Positions 38,902 to 47,400 of a DNA stretch of 64,000 nucleotides are shown in pieces. The stretch is from Candidatus Woesebacteria bacterium UBA5941 (GTDB lineage: Bacteria > Patescibacteriota > Microgenomatia > UBA8517): assembly GCA_002430735.1 (NCBI GenBank), contig DJCV01000012.1, forward strand, positions 1,390 to 65,389, given 5' to 3'. The position numbers and the translations under genes are program-made. Each line of letters opens with the position of its first letter. Position 1 is the first letter of the stretch. The notes under the pieces were generated by a model that was not told the DNA's origin, searched no databases, and saw nothing but the letters and a program-made list of their open reading frames with translations.

Positions 38902-39999
38902 ATGAATACTTTCTTGTGTCCTCATTGTGGTAAAGACGTTGAACTCTCTGAAGCAGTTAAACACCAGCTTGAAGAAACAGTTCGTGCTGAGACAGAGGCA
39001 CGAGTTCGAAAGGAAATAACAGAGCAAGCTTCAATTGAGTTAGAAGACTTAAAAAAAACCATTTCTGAGAAAGACAAGAAAATGGATGAAATGCGTAAAG
39101 CAGAAATGGACCTGCGCGAACAAAAGCGAAACCTTGAGGAGCGCGAAAAAAGTATGGAACTTGAAATGGCTCGACGTATCGACGAGCAAAAGAAAAACCT
39201 TTCACAAGAAATTCGAAAGCAGGCTGACGAGGAATATCGCTTCAAAGAAATGGAAAAGGAAAAAGTGATCTCACAACTGCGAGATGCACTGGACGACGCA
39301 CGGCGCAAAGCAAGCCAGGGCAGCCAGCAACTTCAAGGTGAGGTGTTAGAGCTGGACCTTGAAGAGAACTTGCGTGCAAGCTTTCCAGGGGATCTTATCG
39401 AACCAGTTGGAAAAGGGGTTCGAGGTGCTGACATTAGGCAAGTTGTAAAAACGCCGTTAGGAAACATTTGTGGAACAATTCTGTGGGAGAGTAAACGGAC
39501 CAAAGCGTGGAGCGATGAATGGGCTACGAAACTCAAAGAAGATTTACGAGCCGAGAAAGCTGATGTTCCTATTATTGTGACAATGGCTTTTCCGAAAGAC
39601 ATGAATCCTTCGATGGGTTTATATGACGGTGTGTGGGTTGTGAAGTATGACTTGGCGTTAATTCTGGCTCAACTCATTCGAAAAAATATTTTAGACGTTG
39701 CACGGCAAAAAGCAGTTTCAGCACAAAAGTCAGATAAGGCGAGTTTGCTCTACGACTATGTGATGGGGCATGAATTTAGGCAACAAATCGAATCCTTGAT
39801 TGAAGTGTATAAAGAGATGCATGATCAAGTTGATAAAGAGCGAGCAGCGTTTGAGCGCATTTGGAAAGCGCGAGAGGCGCAACAAAAACGTCTTATGCTT
39901 GCAACTGTTAACGTGTATGGAAGTATGCAAGGGTTAGTTGGGGGTAGTATGCCGCAAATCAAAGGCATTGAATTAGAATTAGGGGAAGGACAACAGTAG
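38902..39999 (+). CDS. Zinc-ribbon plus long charged coiled-coil protein (DUF2130-like)
   Basis: N-terminal CPHCGKDVELSEAVKHQLEE then about 150 aa of E/K/R-rich heptad-like sequence; DUF2130 assignment tentative. Confidence 0.4.
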   Translation: MNTFLCPHCGKDVELSEAVKHQLEETVRAETEARVRKEITEQASIELEDLKKTISEKDKKMDEMRKAEMDLREQKRNLEEREKSMELEMARRIDEQKKNLSQEIRKQADEEYRFKEMEKEKVISQLRDALDDARRKASQGSQQLQGEVLELDLEENLRASFPGDLIEPVGKGVRGADIRQVVKTPLGNICGTILWESKRTKAWSDEWATKLKEDLRAEKADVPIIVTMAFPKDMNPSMGLYDGVWVVKYDLALILAQLIRKNILDVARQKAVSAQKSDKASLLYDYVMGHEFRQQIESLIEVYKEMHDQVDKERAAFERIWKAREAQQKRLMLATVNVYGSMQGLVGGSMPQIKGIELELGEGQQ

Positions 40000-40022
40000 T
40001 TATCCTCCCCCTTGGTGCGACC

Positions 40023-40307
40023 TTACATCATCCTGTAAAAGATGCACCTGTAGAATAAGAGGGATTGCTCCCCCGTGCCGATTTGGGAATACTGATCATG
40101 TATTACTGGGCCAGGGATCCATCCATTCTCAATAAGCGCTGCCATCTCATCAAGACCCCAAGAATGCTTGTCACCCGACTCGGGTCCCAGCATATTTGTT
40201 AATTCGCTTCCAGTATGTTTGTTCAGGACTCCAGTGAACCATGAATCAACAAAGTCCTGACCACTTGCTGGTTGCCTTGTAACAAAAACTTGAATAACTT
40301 CAGCCAT
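40023..40307 (-). CDS. Hypothetical small protein (about 94 aa from internal ATG)
   Basis: ORF track 40023..40364; start trimmed to MAEVIQ so as not to overlap the glyQS start; no motif recognised. Confidence 0.3.
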   Translation of the reverse strand: MAEVIQVFVTRQPASGQDFVDSWFTGVLNKHTGSELTNMLGPESGDKHSWGLDEMAALIENGWIPGPVIHDQYSQIGTGEQSLLFYRCIFYRMM

Positions 40308-40389
40308 GTCAGATCTCCTAAATTGCGGACATAACATTATAAGGTGTATACGGTCGTTTTTCAAAAGTATTCATAGTACAATAGCGAAT

Positions 40390-41775
40390 ATGGATAAGAT
40401 GGAAAAAATAGTTGCTCTTGCGAAGCGACGCGGTTTTGTATTTCAAACCTCAGAAATCTATGGAGGGCTTTCAAACTCCTATGATTACGGTCCTATGGGA
40501 TCAGAATTATTAAGAAATATTCGAAACCTCTGGTGGAGTGAGTTTATTCACAAACGAGAGGACATGGTTGGACTCGATTCTTCAATTATCTTGCATCCGC
40601 AAACATGGGTAGCAAGTGGGCACGTAGGTTCGTTTTCTGATCCCCTAGTTGAGGATGTGAAAACCCACAAACGATATCGTGCTGATCATATTATTGAGGC
40701 GTTTTTGCCTGATGACTCAGGAGTTATTGTTGAAGATATGTCGATTGAAGAAATGGGGCAGTTTATTCAAGAGAATAAAGTGAAAAGTCCGGAAGGAAAT
40801 GATTTAACACCTCCAAAAGCATTTAACCTTCTGTTTGAAACTGAAATTGGTTCAGTCGCCAATGATAAATCAAAAGTATATTTAAGAGGGGAAACAGCTC
40901 AAGGGATATTTACAAATTTTAAACAGGTTCTTGATTCAACTCGAGTGCAATTGCCGTTTGGTATCGGTCAAATTGGAAAAAGCTTTAGAAACGAAATCAC
41001 CACAGGGCAGTTTATTTTTAGAACCCTAGAATTTGAGCAGGCTGAAATTGAATACTTCTTTAATCCTAATGAATCGAATTGGGAAGACATCCTTAGTAAC
41101 TGGAAAGATGGAATGTGGAACTTTGTCACCAAAGTGTTGGGTATTAACGAAGAACACGTTCGATGGAGACAGCATACTGATAAAGAACGAAGCCACTACA
41201 GTAAAGATACGTATGATCTTGATTACCAATTCCCGTTCGGATGGAAAGAACTGTGGGGAGTTGCATATAGAACGGATTACGATTTAAAACAGCACATTGA
41301 GCATAGTAAAACAAATTTAGAGTATTTAGATCCAAAAACAAACAAAAAGTTTGTGCCGCATGTTATTGAACCTGCCGTAGGTGTCAATAGATTATTCTTA
41401 ATGGTATTAGCTGATGCATATACTGAGGATCCCGAAACTGGGCGAGTCGTATTAAAGCTTGACCCAAAGCTTGCTCCATACACGGCATGTATCTCGCCAC
41501 TTTTAGCCAACAAAGAAGAGCTTGTCACAAAGGCGAAGGAACTCTTTAATTCTATGAAATCCAAATATCACTTGGTGTGGGATGCGAGAGGCAACATCGG
41601 AAAGCGATATGCTGCACAAGATGAGATTGGAACACCGTTTTGCGTCGTTGTAGATTTCCAAACGCTTACTGATAACACGGTTACTGTTCGGGACCGCGAT
41701 ACGGGAGAGCAGGAACGGGTCGCGATCTCAGAACTTTCTCAGTATATTAACGATAGAGTTGAGAAGTCCGCTTAA
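40390..41775 (+). CDS. glyQS: Glycine--tRNA ligase, dimeric alpha2 type
   Basis: MDKMEKIVALAKRRGFVFQTSEIYGGLSNSYDYGPMGSELLRNIRNLWW is the conserved GlyRS N-terminus; ATG 40390 in frame of ORF-track 40306 ORF. Confidence 0.8.
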   Translation: MDKMEKIVALAKRRGFVFQTSEIYGGLSNSYDYGPMGSELLRNIRNLWWSEFIHKREDMVGLDSSIILHPQTWVASGHVGSFSDPLVEDVKTHKRYRADHIIEAFLPDDSGVIVEDMSIEEMGQFIQENKVKSPEGNDLTPPKAFNLLFETEIGSVANDKSKVYLRGETAQGIFTNFKQVLDSTRVQLPFGIGQIGKSFRNEITTGQFIFRTLEFEQAEIEYFFNPNESNWEDILSNWKDGMWNFVTKVLGINEEHVRWRQHTDKERSHYSKDTYDLDYQFPFGWKELWGVAYRTDYDLKQHIEHSKTNLEYLDPKTNKKFVPHVIEPAVGVNRLFLMVLADAYTEDPETGRVVLKLDPKLAPYTACISPLLANKEELVTKAKELFNSMKSKYHLVWDARGNIGKRYAAQDEIGTPFCVVVDFQTLTDNTVTVRDRDTGEQERVAISELSQYINDRVEKSA

Positions 41776-41812
41776 TTTGACAAGTGGAACAAGCGAATGA
41801 AAGAATAGACTA

Positions 41813-42562
41813 ATGAAAAAGTATACTCCATTTATACTCCTCGCCTTAGGTGTCGTTTTGGTGGTTGGTGTGTTTGCCTATACCAATAGCGGAGGCTCAT
41901 CAGTTACTGAACCTACTCCTATTGCAGACGAAGTAGCACCAGAAATCCCTTTTGATCAAAGACCATTTGTTAGCTTAACTCCACGCACAGACGGTCATTG
42001 GCTCAAGTTAACGGTAATGGGGGTTAACAAAGTAACTGGTGCAGCGAGCGTTGATTATGTTCTTGAATACACAACTGAAGCAGGCTTAAACCAAGGAGTC
42101 CCAGGAACTGTTAAGTTAAGTGGTATCACAACCATTGACCGAGATTTGTTGTTAGGATCTGAATCTTCAGGAAAGTTTCGATACGATGAGGGCGTGAGTA
42201 AGGGAATGATCACTCTTAAGTTTAGAGATGATAAAGGGAAGCTCTTAGGAAAGCTTGCAACCGATTTTCATTTCCAAGGTCCTGATACTGAATTAACCTC
42301 AGGTGATGGCATGTTTACTTACAAACTCGATAAGGCAATCAAAAAAGGCTACTTCGTTACAATGATGACTTTTGGTGTTCAAGAAGGGGTGAAAGGAACC
42401 ATTAACAAAGGTCCTTATGGAGTATTCTCTTCAGAAACCACCAAGTTGCCTGGAAAAGTAACGCTTGAAGGATCCTCAATTATGCGATGGGGAGAATCAA
42501 AATGGAATGAAGTTAAAAACGGCGTATCTCCAGATCTAGGTATTTTCGTATCTCTCCAATAA
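41813..42562 (+). CDS. Hypothetical exported protein (N-terminal signal/TM)
   Basis: MKKYTPFILLALGVVLVVGVFAYT then hydrophilic domain. Confidence 0.5.
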   Translation: MKKYTPFILLALGVVLVVGVFAYTNSGGSSVTEPTPIADEVAPEIPFDQRPFVSLTPRTDGHWLKLTVMGVNKVTGAASVDYVLEYTTEAGLNQGVPGTVKLSGITTIDRDLLLGSESSGKFRYDEGVSKGMITLKFRDDKGKLLGKLATDFHFQGPDTELTSGDGMFTYKLDKAIKKGYFVTMMTFGVQEGVKGTINKGPYGVFSSETTKLPGKVTLEGSSIMRWGESKWNEVKNGVSPDLGIFVSLQ

Positions 42563-42565
42563 AAA

Positions 42566-42590
42566 GACCGGGGTATAAGCCCGGCTTTTG
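42566..42590. terminator. Short GC hairpin with flanking T-tracts (bidirectional intrinsic terminator candidate)
   Basis: CCGGG(42568-72) gtataag CCCGG(42580-84) followed by CTTTT; reverse complement followed by TCTTTTT. Confidence 0.4.
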
Positions 42591-42602
42591 CCACGATTTA
42601 CT

Positions 42603-42826
42603 CTATGGCAATAATATGTGTGCGGCGAGATTTACCGCCTCTTCAATATCTGTAGACTTCCACAGCTTAAACGGAGCGGCTTCTCGAACAAACAAATGAT
42701 TGTGAACATTGTTCGGCTCCATTAATAGAATTACCGGAGTTCTAGCTTCATATGCCCAGGCTAATTCAAAACATGTACCAAATATACCATTGGACGATGA
42801 ATGAGTCTCAGTGGTTGTGTCTCCAC
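42603..42826 (-). pseudogene. Gene remnant with nucleoside 2-deoxyribosyltransferase-like C-terminal motif, frameshifted/N-terminally truncated
   Basis: Minus strand has AGGAGG-N7-GTG then a 21-codon frame ending in TAG; the +1 frame continues a protein-like sequence ...NGIFGTCFELAWAYEARTPVILLMEPNN...AVNLAAHILLP (resembles DSGTxFELGxAxAxGKPVI of the Nuc_deoxyrib_tr fold) with no start codon. Confidence 0.3.
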
Positions 42827-42922
42827 AGTGTATCCTCCTTACATTATCGATACAGGGTTATACCTGAGGCGCGCGCAGTTTTCATAACCTCAAAGCCTGT
42901 AAGAAATACGTAAGATTTCCCC

Positions 42923-42951
42923 TTGACGTGTCCGTGAAAACACGTCAAAAT
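42923..42951 (+). promoter_or_regulatory. Candidate mraZ promoter (TTGACG-17-CAAAAT) overlapping a palindrome TTGACGTGT-N8-ACACGTCAA
   Basis: -35 TTGACG 42923-42928; weak -10 CAAAAT 42946-42951; perfect 9-bp inverted repeat 42923-42931/42940-42948. Confidence 0.35.
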
Positions 42952-42976
42952 GGTGAAGATTGGTGACAAATGGTGA
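42951..42976 (+). promoter_or_regulatory. Three direct repeats TGGTGA with exact 10-bp period immediately upstream of mraZ (MraZ-box-like operator)
   Basis: TGGTGAagatTGGTGAcaaaTGGTGA at 42951, 42961, 42971; MraZ proteins are known to bind triple direct repeats at 10-bp periodicity in their own promoter. Confidence 0.55.
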
Positions 42977-42979
42977 AAT

Positions 42980-43411
42980 ATGCTCTTAGGAAACTATTCA
43001 ACGAACTTAAGTCAGGGGAAGCGATTAGCAATTCCCAAGAAATTTCGGTCTCAACTGGGAGACTCATGTATTGTGGCCAAATGGTACGACAAATGTCTGG
43101 TAGTTCTCTCACCCGACAATTGGTCTGAACTTTTACAACGGTTAACAGTTACTGATTCTGTTCCAACAGCAGCAGTTCGAGACACGATGCGATTCGTAAT
43201 GGGATCAGCATATGAGGTTTCACCTGATGCTCAAGGAAGAGTGGTACTTCCTGATAGTTTATTAAATTATGCAGGGATTACTGGGGAAGTGGTCTTTTTA
43301 GGATTGGGTTCACGAGTTGAGGTTTGGGATAAGAAAGAATGGGAAACAAAGGAAAGCTTTATTGGTGAGAATGCCGCTGCCCTATTAGAACAGATGGCAG
43401 ATGGAAAATAA
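42980..43411 (+). CDS. mraZ: Transcriptional regulator MraZ
   Basis: MLLGNYSTNLSQGKRLAIPKKFR matches MraZ N-terminus (MFxGxxxxxLDxKGRxxIPxxFR); second half-domain present; first gene of dcw cluster. Confidence 0.85.
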   Translation: MLLGNYSTNLSQGKRLAIPKKFRSQLGDSCIVAKWYDKCLVVLSPDNWSELLQRLTVTDSVPTAAVRDTMRFVMGSAYEVSPDAQGRVVLPDSLLNYAGITGEVVFLGLGSRVEVWDKKEWETKESFIGENAAALLEQMADGK

Positions 43412-44249
43412 TTACACGCACATTCCAGTTTTACTTGAAGAGACGATTCACGAACTAAATGTTATTGAAGGTGGACGATACATCGACGGCACATTGGGTG
43501 CTGGCGGTCATTCTGAAGCCATTTTGAAAAAAGGAGGATTAGTTTTGGGAATCGAAGCTGACGAAACTATGCTCAAAATCGCGGAGGAGCGTCTATCCGT
43601 TTACTGTCCTACGCTTGTCCGAGGGAATTTTGGGTCAATGGAATTAATTGCAACTGCCCAGCAATTAATTCCAGTTGATGGTGTCGTTCTTGATTTAGGA
43701 ATTTCTAACTATCATTACGACACGCTTGAGCGGGGATTCAGCTTTAAAAGACCAAACCAACCCCTTGATTTACGGCTTTCGACTGAGCAAGGAGTTACCG
43801 GGAGCACTCTATTAAACATATTGTCTGAAGAGCAGTTAAGAGAGTTATTTGAACCCATCATTGGGAATCAAAAGGCTCGGACAATTGTAAGACGAGTTGT
43901 TGAACGGCGATTAACAAAGCCATTTCAAACAGTAGGTGATCTATCAAATATCGCGGGAAGCCTGAGTCCTGAGACATTCCTGGCACTACGGATCGCCGTT
44001 AATACCGAATTCGTTGTATTAGAAAAAGGAATAGTAGGAGCGGTGAACATTTTGAAGAGCAAAGGAAGACTCGCAATCATTTCCTTTCATTCATTAGAAG
44101 ATAAAATCGTTAGTCGTTTGTTCAAGAAACTAGAACGAGATGGAATAGTACGACAATTGCAAAAAAGCCCTATTATCCCAAGCGAGAAAGAAATAGAGCT
44201 GAATGCAAAAAGCAGATCAGCATTATTAAGAAGTATTGAAAAAATTTAA
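43401..44249 (+). CDS. rsmH: 16S rRNA (cytosine1402-N4)-methyltransferase RsmH
   Basis: HIPVLLEETIHEL...YIDGTLGAGGHSEAIL signature; position after mraZ. Confidence 0.85.
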   Translation: MENNYTHIPVLLEETIHELNVIEGGRYIDGTLGAGGHSEAILKKGGLVLGIEADETMLKIAEERLSVYCPTLVRGNFGSMELIATAQQLIPVDGVVLDLGISNYHYDTLERGFSFKRPNQPLDLRLSTEQGVTGSTLLNILSEEQLRELFEPIIGNQKARTIVRRVVERRLTKPFQTVGDLSNIAGSLSPETFLALRIAVNTEFVVLEKGIVGAVNILKSKGRLAIISFHSLEDKIVSRLFKKLERDGIVRQLQKSPIIPSEKEIELNAKSRSALLRSIEKI

Positions 44250-44532
44250 TATGAATAATCATTCAAAAGTTACTAAAAAGTTCGTCATCCTTCCAGTTCT
44301 CCTGATCACTGGAATTGTAATCACCTCAGTGTTTACAACCGCAACAGGGGCTGTGCTTCAATCAGTGAAGTCAGACATCTCAACCCTTTCGACTGATACG
44401 GAACAAGTCCAAGAAGAACTTCATACCAAAACTTCATTAACGAACTTGTCTGAGAAAATCGCAGCTCTTGGATTTAGCAAGAGTACTGTGAAGTACGTAA
44501 AGGACACTGCAGGAGCATTGGCCTCAAAGTAA
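44236..44532 (+). CDS. ftsL: Cell division protein FtsL-like (small bitopic membrane protein)
   Basis: 98 aa, single TM (VILPVLLITGIVITSVF) then coiled-coil-like tail; syntenic position between rsmH and ftsI. Confidence 0.5.
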   Translation: MKKFNMNNHSKVTKKFVILPVLLITGIVITSVFTTATGAVLQSVKSDISTLSTDTEQVQEELHTKTSLTNLSEKIAALGFSKSTVKYVKDTAGALASK

Positions 44533-44533
44533 T

Positions 44534-46252
44534 ATGCAAGATCGAAGTAGAATTCTCGCAGGTTCATTCATGATCGGTGTCGTCGCACTTATTATACGAC
44601 TCTTCTATTGGCAAATTATCGAAGGCGCACGACTCTCGGATGTTGCTGCTGCACAACAAACAAACAGACAAACCTTAAATGCAAAACGAGGTCGTATTCT
44701 CGCGTCTGATGGTTCTGTGTTAACAGCCTCAGCACCGACTTGGAACATGTTTTTATATAGACCAGAGAGCGAAACAAAAGAGCCAGAAATTATAACCCGG
44801 GTCACACCGCTCCTTGTGCCAAATAGTACTGATATGCTTGCAATCTCCAGTGAAAGCGCTCGATTACAGTCCATCCTTTCTAACGCTTCAGCACAATGGC
44901 TTCCTCTTAAAAATCACATGAGTCGCGAACAAAAGTCTGCCATTGAGTCATTGAAAATAAAAGGCATTGGATTTGATCAAACAGAAGCGCGTATGTATCC
45001 AGAAGCTTCCATGAGCGCACACATTTTGGGGTTTGTAGGGAAGGCAGATAATGGTGAGGACATCGGGTACTTTGGGTTAGAAGGAAATTATGATCTATTG
45101 CTCTCTGGAAAAAGCGGAGTATACGAGACGGAGGCAAACGCATTAGGTGCCCCAATTGTGACGGAGGATGATGTGAAGCTCAGTTCATTTTCAGGAGTAG
45201 ACTTGCGTACGAGTATTGAGAAGCGGATTCAACTCAGCGTGGAAAAACACCTGAGAGACGGGCTCGCGAAATATGAGGCTGACGCGGGGACTATTACCGT
45301 AATGGATCCTAAAACCGGTGAGATATTAGCTATGGCGGCATTCCCATCCTATGATCCAGGGAAATATTTCGAGAGTGATGACAGTTTATTTAGAAATCCA
45401 ATTATCTCCGACTCTTTTGAGCCCGGTTCGATTATGAAACCGATTGTTATGGCATCTGCTTTTGATGCTGGGCTTATTAACCCAGCTACCGAGTGTGATA
45501 TCTGTTCCGGACCATACCACACAGGTCCGTATGTGATTCGCACTTGGAATAATCAATATTATGCAAACACAACGATGGCTGATGTAATAAAACATTCAGA
45601 TAACGTTGGGATGGTGTTCATTGGCAATAAACTGGGGACACCACGTCTCTATGAGTATCTTTCAAAGTTTGGTTTTGGGACATACACAGGAATTGATTTG
45701 CAAGGTGAGTTCGATGCGCCAATGAGAAAAAAGGAGGAGTGGGGAGAGGTCGAACGACATACTGCGTCTTTCGGTCAAGGAATTGCCGTGACCCCGATAC
45801 AAATGCTTTCAGCAATCTCAGTTATTGCTAACAAAGGCATTTCCACAACCCCACATGTGGTAAAAGCAGTGGAACTGGGTTCGTGGAAAAAGGAGAAGCG
45901 ATATCCGCAAGGTAAACGTGTCATTAGCGAGGAAGCAAGTAATCAAATAACGTCTATTATGGTAAACGCGGTTTCTCAAGGTGAAGCCAAATGGGCAGTA
46001 CCAAAAGGATACGAGCATACGTTTGCAGGGAAAACAGGAACCGCCCAGATTGCAGTTGAAGGTAAGTACGATGAGGAAAAAACGAACGCAAGCTTTATTG
46101 GGTTTGCCCCAGCGAACGATCCTCGGTTTGCAATGCTTATTACGCTCAAGCAACCAAAGACTTCCCCCTGGGCATCAGAAACCGCAGCTCCATTGTGGTT
46201 CCAAACAGCAGCTGATCTTATGAGATATTTAGGCATTCCGCCAAAACAGTAG
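44534..46252 (+). CDS. ftsI: Penicillin-binding protein 2/3 family transpeptidase (FtsI)
   Basis: N-terminal TM; RGRILASDGSVLTAS; active-site motifs SIMK (SxxK), HSDN (SxN), KTGT. Confidence 0.85.
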   Translation: MQDRSRILAGSFMIGVVALIIRLFYWQIIEGARLSDVAAAQQTNRQTLNAKRGRILASDGSVLTASAPTWNMFLYRPESETKEPEIITRVTPLLVPNSTDMLAISSESARLQSILSNASAQWLPLKNHMSREQKSAIESLKIKGIGFDQTEARMYPEASMSAHILGFVGKADNGEDIGYFGLEGNYDLLLSGKSGVYETEANALGAPIVTEDDVKLSSFSGVDLRTSIEKRIQLSVEKHLRDGLAKYEADAGTITVMDPKTGEILAMAAFPSYDPGKYFESDDSLFRNPIISDSFEPGSIMKPIVMASAFDAGLINPATECDICSGPYHTGPYVIRTWNNQYYANTTMADVIKHSDNVGMVFIGNKLGTPRLYEYLSKFGFGTYTGIDLQGEFDAPMRKKEEWGEVERHTASFGQGIAVTPIQMLSAISVIANKGISTTPHVVKAVELGSWKKEKRYPQGKRVISEEASNQITSIMVNAVSQGEAKWAVPKGYEHTFAGKTGTAQIAVEGKYDEEKTNASFIGFAPANDPRFAMLITLKQPKTSPWASETAAPLWFQTAADLMRYLGIPPKQ

Positions 46253-46266
46253 TACAATAACCACTC

Positions 46267-47400
46267 ATGAAACACGTCGCAATTTGCTTTGGAGGAATTT
46301 CACCTGAACATGAAGTATCAGTCATTACTGGACTGCAAGTGATCGAGAATATTGAGACAAGTGAATTTATCCCCTACGCCCTTTATGTTGCCCCATCGGG
46401 TGAATTTTCCTTGTTAAGGAATCTTACTGACCGTTCTGATTTCTTAAAAACCGCACGAACCCAGATTCGATTCGGACGAGATGACAAAGGTGGATATTTT
46501 GAAACGGTGGGGCTCTTCGGAAAGAAAACGTATCTTGATTGTGCGTATTTTGCATTCCACGGAGGCACTGGTGAATCTGGCCAACTGCAAGGTATGTTTG
46601 AGTCGCTTGGGATCCCACACACAGGAGCAACGGTACTCGGGGCGGCACTAAGTATGAACAAAGCAGCGACAAAGGAAATGCTCACCGCATATGAAATCCC
46701 TTCAATTCCTGGAGTATCTGTTGATAGCGATGCTGCGCGATTACAAACGAAAGATGTCGTTTCACATGTACTGGAGGAATTAAAGTTGCCCGTAATTGTG
46801 AAGCCATCACATCTTGGTTCAAGTATTGGAGTCACCATTGCGAAGACCTCAGGAGCGTTAACAAAAGCACTTCTTGCTGCGTCTCAGATCGACTCTGAGA
46901 TCGTTATCGAAAAGCTCATGGAAGATTTTATTGAATACAATTGTGCAGTAAAACGCGTCAACGGGGAGCTCCTTGTAAGTGAAGTAGAGCGACCTATTAA
47001 AAAGGATCTGATTTTATCGTTTGCTGATAAGTATGAGCGTGGTGGTGGTAAGAAAACCGGAGGTATGGCTTCTCTCTCACGAGAGTTACCAGCAAAAATC
47101 TCTCCACGCTTGAAAGATGAAATCCAAGAGCTCGCAAAAACGATGTATGAAGCTGTGAGGGCAGAGGGAATGTTACGATGCGACTTTATGCTTGTTGGAA
47201 AACGACTCTATCCAATCGAAATAAATCCGATCCCGGGTTCAATGGCCTTTTATTTGTGGGAAGCAAGTGGAATGAGTTTTACAGACCAAATAACCGAAGC
47301 GATTACTGAAGCTATTCGAACATTTGAAAATGCCAAGGAGAAAAATTTAAAATACGACTCCGATATTATTAAAAACTTCGTTAATAGTACAGATCATTAA
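46267..47400 (+). CDS. ddl: D-alanine--D-alanine ligase
   Basis: VAICFGGISPEHEVSVITGLQV N-terminus and ATP-grasp C-terminal region. Confidence 0.8.
   Translation: MKHVAICFGGISPEHEVSVITGLQVIENIETSEFIPYALYVAPSGEFSLLRNLTDRSDFLKTARTQIRFGRDDKGGYFETVGLFGKKTYLDCAYFAFHGGTGESGQLQGMFESLGIPHTGATVLGAALSMNKAATKEMLTAYEIPSIPGVSVDSDAARLQTKDVVSHVLEELKLPVIVKPSHLGSSIGVTIAKTSGALTKALLAASQIDSEIVIEKLMEDFIEYNCAVKRVNGELLVSEVERPIKKDLILSFADKYERGGGKKTGGMASLSRELPAKISPRLKDEIQELAKTMYEAVRAEGMLRCDFMLVGKRLYPIEINPIPGSMAFYLWEASGMSFTDQITEAITEAIRTFENAKEKNLKYDSDIIKNFVNSTDH

Noticed and set aside
38922-39308. 128-aa and 82-aa minus-strand ORFs rich in Ser/Arg inside the coiled-coil gene
   Set aside because: Antisense shadow of a purine-rich, low-complexity coding strand; the sense gene (38902-39999) has a coherent Zn-ribbon plus coiled-coil product
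46383-46838. 151-aa minus-strand ORF
   Set aside because: Antisense to ddl
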